Shown: one piece after another, positions 57,601 to 64,000 of the stretch
How positions within the stretch are numbered: the first letter of the stretch is position 1
How the letters are laid out: every line of letters begins with the position of its first letter
Assembly (NCBI GenBank): GCA_964016885.1
Contig: OZ024742.1
Coordinates: 229,958,001 to 230,022,000 of the forward strand
Reading direction: 5' to 3'
Source of the DNA: Eledone cirrhosa
Taxonomy: Eukaryota
DNA length: 64,000 bases
Program-made: the position numbers and the translations under genes
The notes under the pieces: generated by a model
Databases searched by the model: none
The model's input: the letters and a program-made list of their open reading frames with translations, nothing else
Told to the model about the DNA's origin: nothing

Positions 57601-58082
57601 CTGGAATGACCAGATGAGTTTTGATTTATTACATTGTCTGGAAAAGAAACAATGTAGGTATTAACGAGAAGATTTAAAATTAATGCAAGCAAGATTTCAC
57701 AGCTCTAGCATCGTTCATTCATAGTCAGCCTTTAAACTTTGATCCCAGTCTCGTATATCATACATCCCCACACCGACCTGGTTATCTTCCCATTCCATTT
57801 CCAGTTTTTGTTACAACACTACACAAACGCTAATTTTGAATGTCCAACTCACATAATAACACGCGCACACACGAGCAGGCAGACACATATAAATGGTCAC
57901 ATGCACACTCCCAAACGCATATGGATAGACGTATATAGCTCTACCTACGTACGCAAGTAGCCCTAGATATGTACGCAAACACCCACTTACGCCCACATAC
58001 ACAAAACGTAGAGCCCATGCATATATAAATCCAACATCTCACTATTTACAACAAACACTATGTTTTTTGTCGGATCGCCAGA

Positions 58083-58162
58083 CTGAAGAGCAGATCGATA
58101 ATGAAGTTGAATCCATAACTTCTATCCATGATTCTAAGCCAATCCTCTGCGAAACGCGCGTA
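58083..58162 (+). ncRNA. Hammerhead core with long stem-II insertion (stem I not evident)
   Basis: CTGAAGA-GCAGA-(51 nt)-TCTGC-GAAAC-GCGC-GTA, with palindromic ACGCGCGT stem III. Confidence 0.55.
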
Positions 58163-58898
58163 ACAGTTTCATACACAAAATAAAACTAAATATATATATA
58201 AACGAAGCGTGTAGAAAAACACGTTAAGTATTTGAACGGGTACATGAACCAATGACTCGTAATATTAGGACTCGTAATATTAGGACTATAAATAGCAGCT
58301 AAAAGACCGTCTGACACATCTCAACAAATCATGAGTAGCTTAATAATAATTATATATTAATTAGTCTCTAATATTTAAACATCTCAATAAATGGATAAGA
58401 TATATAAAATATCAATCCGAGAAGCAATATAACATATTAAATTTAAGTGAAAAACTCTATTTATGGAGTATAAGCCAGACAGAGCAAAAATAATTTAGTC
58501 AATCTCACTTGCACTTGATTTGTTGAGCAGTGTCAGACGGTGTTTTGCTATTTCTAGCAATATTGTAAGCCTGTCATGTAAGGAGTCCGAATACAAGTCC
58601 TGCACGAGTGAAAATATAAGGAAACGCGATGAAATGGAAAATGCAACTGGAGTCTTTTTAAGAATAGTTTTTTTGTTTCCTTTACCGGTTTCAGAGTTCT
58701 TATGCTTTTCAGAAGTATAATTGAGATGGGAGGGGGGAAGGGGGGGGTTATAGTTTTTCTCGCATCAGATGCGAGAAAAACCACAAACCCACCATCTCAA
58801 TTCTACTTCTGAGAAGAACAAGAACTGTGAAACCGGAAAAGGAAACAAATAAGTATTCTGAAAAAGACTCCAGTTGCATTTTCGATTTCATCTTTTTT

Positions 58899-58956
<58 letters not shown>

Positions 58957-59021
58957 GTATATATATGTATATATATATATGTGTATATATGTATATATAT
59001 ATATACATATGTATATATATG

Positions 59022-59094
<73 letters not shown>

Positions 59095-59218
59095 ATACTT
59101 TTGGAGGGTCATGTTGCCAATAAGAAACACACGCAACATGACCCTCCCAAAGTATATACAATATCGGTTTCAACACACGTTTTCAGATAAAGAATCTTGC
59201 TAAACAAATTCAGAAACG

Positions 59219-59268
<50 letters not shown>

Positions 59269-59314
59269 AATAAAGAGTAGTTAAGGCAGGGTTACTCGAC
59301 ATAATTGTTTTGAT

Positions 59315-59361
59315 GCATGACAAATATTTCTGTTACATGGTTATGTGACTTCATCAGATAC
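59315..59361 (-). ncRNA. Type-I hammerhead ribozyme motif
   Basis: Minus strand GTAT-CTGATGA-A-GTCACAT-AACC-ATGTAAC-A-GAAA-TATTT-GTC-ATGC. Confidence 0.6.
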
Positions 59362-62300
59362 TCATACATTCATCGGTGTAGTTATGCAATCATGGGGATA
59401 TGTCACTGGTCATGTATGACCATCCTGTTGTGATGTCAGCAGCCTTGTGAGTTACTGAATCTTTTTTTTCTTGGAAAATTCTAGTAGTAGATGTCTCCGC
59501 CTTCTTATTGGTTCCGGGTAAATTCCCTATACGTAATTGTGGACAGATTTACTGTTACATCTCAGCTTAATATTCACTTTTCTGTTTTTATTTTTTTATT
59601 ACTGGAAATGGCATTGGATTCTCTTCTTTGGTCTCTTGGATATATTTGTCTTAGGATTGATCTTATTGAAAGACAACAGCTTTAGCGTAGACACTCGATC
59701 TGCTAAAATTAGCTATCGAACTTTCTTCAGCTCACACCGTACGGTCTTAAATACATCTACATATATTTGATACTACAGTCTACTACGTTACTTGTTTTCC
59801 GATAGAGCTGAAAAGTTGCCAATAAGCCTCTTTCTCTTTTTATATCTAAAATGTGTCTGTTATTATGTTTAATATAGCATATTTTAAGTTGTGATACAAA
59901 TATGTCATCAAAATACATTAGATGTAGTATTTCAATAATTGTGTTAACAATGTACGTCTATATAGGAAAATAGAGAATTTAACCTAGGTCTCTTATTGCA
60001 TTAGATTCCATTATGAAGCCATAGACGCAACACAATAGGCAATGTGAGTCTTGAGAGATTTATTATAACGCTAAAGGTCTATTGACATCTATTTGTGTTT
60101 TCAGTCAAGCCTACAGAAACGTAGAATTTGACAAATGAATCAAAATTCGATCAATTCCAATGGATAAATGCCAGCGAGAAGTTTCTTAACTGTAGATGTT
60201 ATCAATTGTATTGTTGCAACCTTTAGTTATATCGAACCCCAACTCTCAGTTATTTTCCTATACACCATTGCTCTTAAAATTCTGATTTCTACTAAGAGCA
60301 ATCAATGTAGCATTTCAGATTTTCAGTAATAAATAGTTTAGCTATTAAAACATCATTATATCAGCTCTGTTTAATACATTTCTACAGTTGAATGATAATT
60401 TACTTTGCTCCGATTTTTAATCTTCTATCTTTAGGCCATTCATACGTCATTCTTGATGCCTATGTTAAATAACATTTGAAGTAGAAAGTATTTAAATTAT
60501 GTTACGATTGCATGTTTATAGGAATATATTATATATGAATGTTTCATTATTGCTTTCTGGTAAGTCATTATATTTGTAGAATATATTTAATCAATTAAAT
60601 CGACTCCAACACTTAACCGGTGGTTTATTTACACCCCCCCCCCCAAAAAAAAAGAAGGGAGGTTAAGTTGGCCTCGGTGGTGTTTGAGCTTAGAAAGTAA
60701 AGGATGTTACTATCTATTACACGACATTTTTTTCTAACGTTCTGCCAATTCCGCCAAGCGAAATTATATGTATGAAACCAAACAAGGAGATGTATGTGCT
60801 ATATACTTACTCTGTTTGAAGCACAATTGGTGTCAATATTAAGATTTCAGATTGCTCAATGTAACGTTAAATTGTATTATCTTTCAGGGGGTGAATGTAT
60901 GTGCTTTAGTGGTTAAGTTACTTGGATCACAATCACACGCGTTGTGTTCTTTACGTTGGAAAGAATTAGTTGCGATGATATTGGTGCTCAACTGTATCCG
61001 CCTTTGCCTTTCTCATGGACAACCCTTTGTCTTAGTTAGGGAAAGCTTGCATTCATGGGTGACGGCTTGTCTTCTAAAAAACAGTTTGCTCTGACTTGAG
61101 CCTCGGAGATGCAACACATGGTCGGTTAATCACGGTTAAATACATCTATCATGACCCCAGGGGACCATTTCCTTCCTGTACAATGTCTGTGTTTGGTTGT
61201 TTAATAAATGTGTCTACGTTTAATATAGATAAATTATTTCAGTCTACTTTAGATAATAAAAATTGTTTACAAAATATGTCTAAGAAAGTCTCCAATAATA
61301 TAGGATTCGTGACATCTATATATAATAATACCAAATATAGATCTATATTTGAAAATGATATTTAATAAAACCAACACAATATTTACGTCAAACCAAACTT
61401 CAGATAAAATTGAATGTATAAATAATTAAGCATATCATTTCAAACCTATGTTTCTGAGTACCATTTATTTATGAATTAATAAACGCAAAATTAGAAGTAT
61501 AATATGACAAAACAATTTCCCACCTTTTGCACAAGTTTAACTCATTTTTTGCCAATTAGAAGTTCACATACAAAACGAATCTCATTACGCTTATGTTGTT
61601 TGTGTATGTATGACTCCCGTTGGTTCAAATGATAAGTGTTCCAGTTGTTCGATACACGGAACAAACTGAGCAATATGTTAATGGTACACGGGTCTGTGGA
61701 ATGCTTAGCCACTTAGCCGTTAATTTTATGCACATGCAGTACAACTAGAATATTCGTGATCGGAACTGATGGAGGTTCAGCATATTATGAGCATGTATAG
61801 ATAAATTTGAGCCTCGTCCATCCGTCACACAGTGTGTGTGTGTTTGTCTGAATGTATGCAAAAAGAAGGAAGGGGATGGCAATAAAACTATAGAAAAACA
61901 GCAGCTGGCGTTTCATTAGCTACGTATGTGAGTGTATGTGTGTGTTTGTGTAAATGTATGTGTGTTTGTGTTTGTGTGAATGTATGCATATGAGTGTGTA
62001 TTTTTGTAAGTGTGTATGTGTTTGCGCATTTATATTTATATACTCAAACATAAAAATGGATGCATATGCACATACACACACGCACACACATACACTCACA
62101 CATGTCAGTGTGTTTAAAAAATCTTGGTTATTAAAATGACTTACAACCGTCACTCATAATCAAATATGACTTGGTAGTATGTATTTTGGTTTCGCTAAGG
62201 ATTTCTGAATCGCATGCAATTGCGAGCGGACACAGATCACCCTGTCAAACCACTCAATTTTCCTCCAGCAGAACATCCATTATGTGATAGCTTGGCGGAA

Positions 62301-63413
62301 ATAGGGTTTCCCCTGCAATGGTCTGGTACTTTTGTTATCGACTCGGAAAAGATTAAAAGCAAAGGTGACTTCGGCGAAATTTGACCTCAGAATGCAGAGA
62401 TCTGGAAAAGATATCTAACGATCTAACGATTTCGTTCAATTGATCGAGTGCCATCGACAATTCATATGCTTTTCAAAATGTTAGTCCGATTTAGAGGTAT
62501 TTGGAAACTCAGTCTAGAAATCGTTACACAATGATGCAATGTAACGTCTTTATTTATTTATGTTTGGAAAGCAAGTCTCAGGACTTTCTATCTCCTTATG
62601 TAAATGAGATCTTTCAAAATACTAATGCACACCAGATATGTCACTATCTACTTATGAGTGTTTGATATCTTTATGTATTTATATATAAATATATATATAT
62701 ATATCTACTTGCTGTTAGAAATGTATAAATGTTATATTATATTTACAAGTAAATACTAAAGCAAAATGTAATTTAATGATATTACTTGATACATGTAAGA
62801 TAAATGTTCCTGAATACTTGAAAGCTTTTCCAAACAGTTAGGTGACTTTCGTATAATAAATATAAACTATTAAAATTTATTGATATTTAAGTTCTAAACG
62901 TGCAGAATAATATATTACTAGATTAGTTTTATTACTAGACATTCACCAAAGGCAGTACAATATCGTTTGTTTAAGTGAACCATTGTTATTGTTAGAGCAT
63001 GTGAATCGTTTGGCCGTCTTAGAGAATGTTTGCGATATTCCCACTGGTTCTCTGCGCTCTGAGGTCAAGAACTCACTGAAGTAAAACTTCTCTTTCACTC
63101 TTTCGCGTTTGATGAATAAAATACCAGTTAAATACTGGGAGCGATGTTTCCGACACTTTCTTTTCCTCTCCCTTTCTGTCCATCTGTCTCACCATCTCTA
63201 TTTCCCTCGCTCTCGTTATTGTTTATCTGAAGGGGCCAAAAAACGAGCGTTCGCATCGTGGCCTCAACATTTCTTCTACTACAACAGACTGTTGATACAA
63301 AACGTATAGAGCGGGAATATATACCGCATGTTCTAGCTATTTTATTCTCTCCAGGTATTTGTAAATACATTATGTACACTATATATACATATATATTACC
63401 TAAACCATATATT

Positions 63414-63596
63414 AATTGTTTCTACTTGAGGCACAAGGCCAGCAATTACCCAGTACATTACTGGTACTTTATTTTATCGACCCCGTAAGGATGAAAGGCA
63501 AAGTTAACCTCGGCGGGATTTGAACTCAGACTGCAAAGGGACGTAACTATGCTAGAAAGCATGGCGTACAACCCTCTACCGATACTGCCAATTCAC
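63414..63596 (-). mobile_element. SINE family A
   Basis: Near-identical to 34785-34973. Confidence 0.85.
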
Positions 63597-63689
63597 ATAT
63601 ATTAATGATATGTAGCTGGTACCGATTACTATATGAAATAAAATTGGAGCTTATATTTCATCTATGGCTGCAACCTGTTGACAGCTTTG

Positions 63690-63910
63690 CGGTTCTACAT
63701 TTCACATCTGGTTTTAGCGTATTACCAGATTTGAGGGCCTACATTTTACACATCATCGATCCCTATTTTCAGATTTGAGAGCCTACATTTCACATATTCT
63801 TTGCGTCTTTTACCAGTGGGGAGGGGTTCATTTTACATTTGGTTCATACATAATACAAGTTTTGCGGCTACAATTCACATCTAGTTTGGGCCTATTAACA
63901 ATTTTACACG
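63690..63910 (+). repeat. Degenerate tandem repeat
   Basis: Recurrent CAGATTTGAG.GCCTACATTT.ACA and CTACA.TTCACATCT.GTTT units. Confidence 0.45.
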
Positions 63911-64000
63911 GGCTTGAATATATTAGATATGCGATTAATCAATAAATATATTAGCTTCAAGTATTACTCAAACTTTCTTTGTTTCCAAAATTAGAAAATA

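Overview
AT-rich eukaryotic (animal) genomic DNA with no recognisable host protein-coding gene, rRNA, tRNA or CRISPR array. Very long (TA)n/(CA)n/(GA)n/(TATG)n/(TTA)n tracts and the SINE families point to a cephalopod (Octopus-like) genome; this is inference. The window is almost entirely transposable elements. There is an L1/Tx1-type LINE nested in an RTE LINE that has three C2H2 fingers, and a nearly intact CR1-group LINE (PHD plus 3xCCCH ORF1). There are three large Penelope-like elements (PLEs, RT plus C-terminal GIY-YIG) and many PLE end fragments lodged in (TA)n tracts, along with RLE-type LINE ends, tRNA-derived SINEs, mariner/MITE remnants and a Helitron-like element. Two signals stand out. 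(1) About a dozen type-I hammerhead-ribozyme motifs from several families, some with recurrent atypical cores, often sit inside fold-back palindromes. (2) An in-phase U_UUU_UUA -1 slippery heptamer lies at the ORF1/RT-ORF overlap of two unrelated retroelements (the CR1-group LINE and one PLE), suggesting programmed -1 ribosomal frameshifting.
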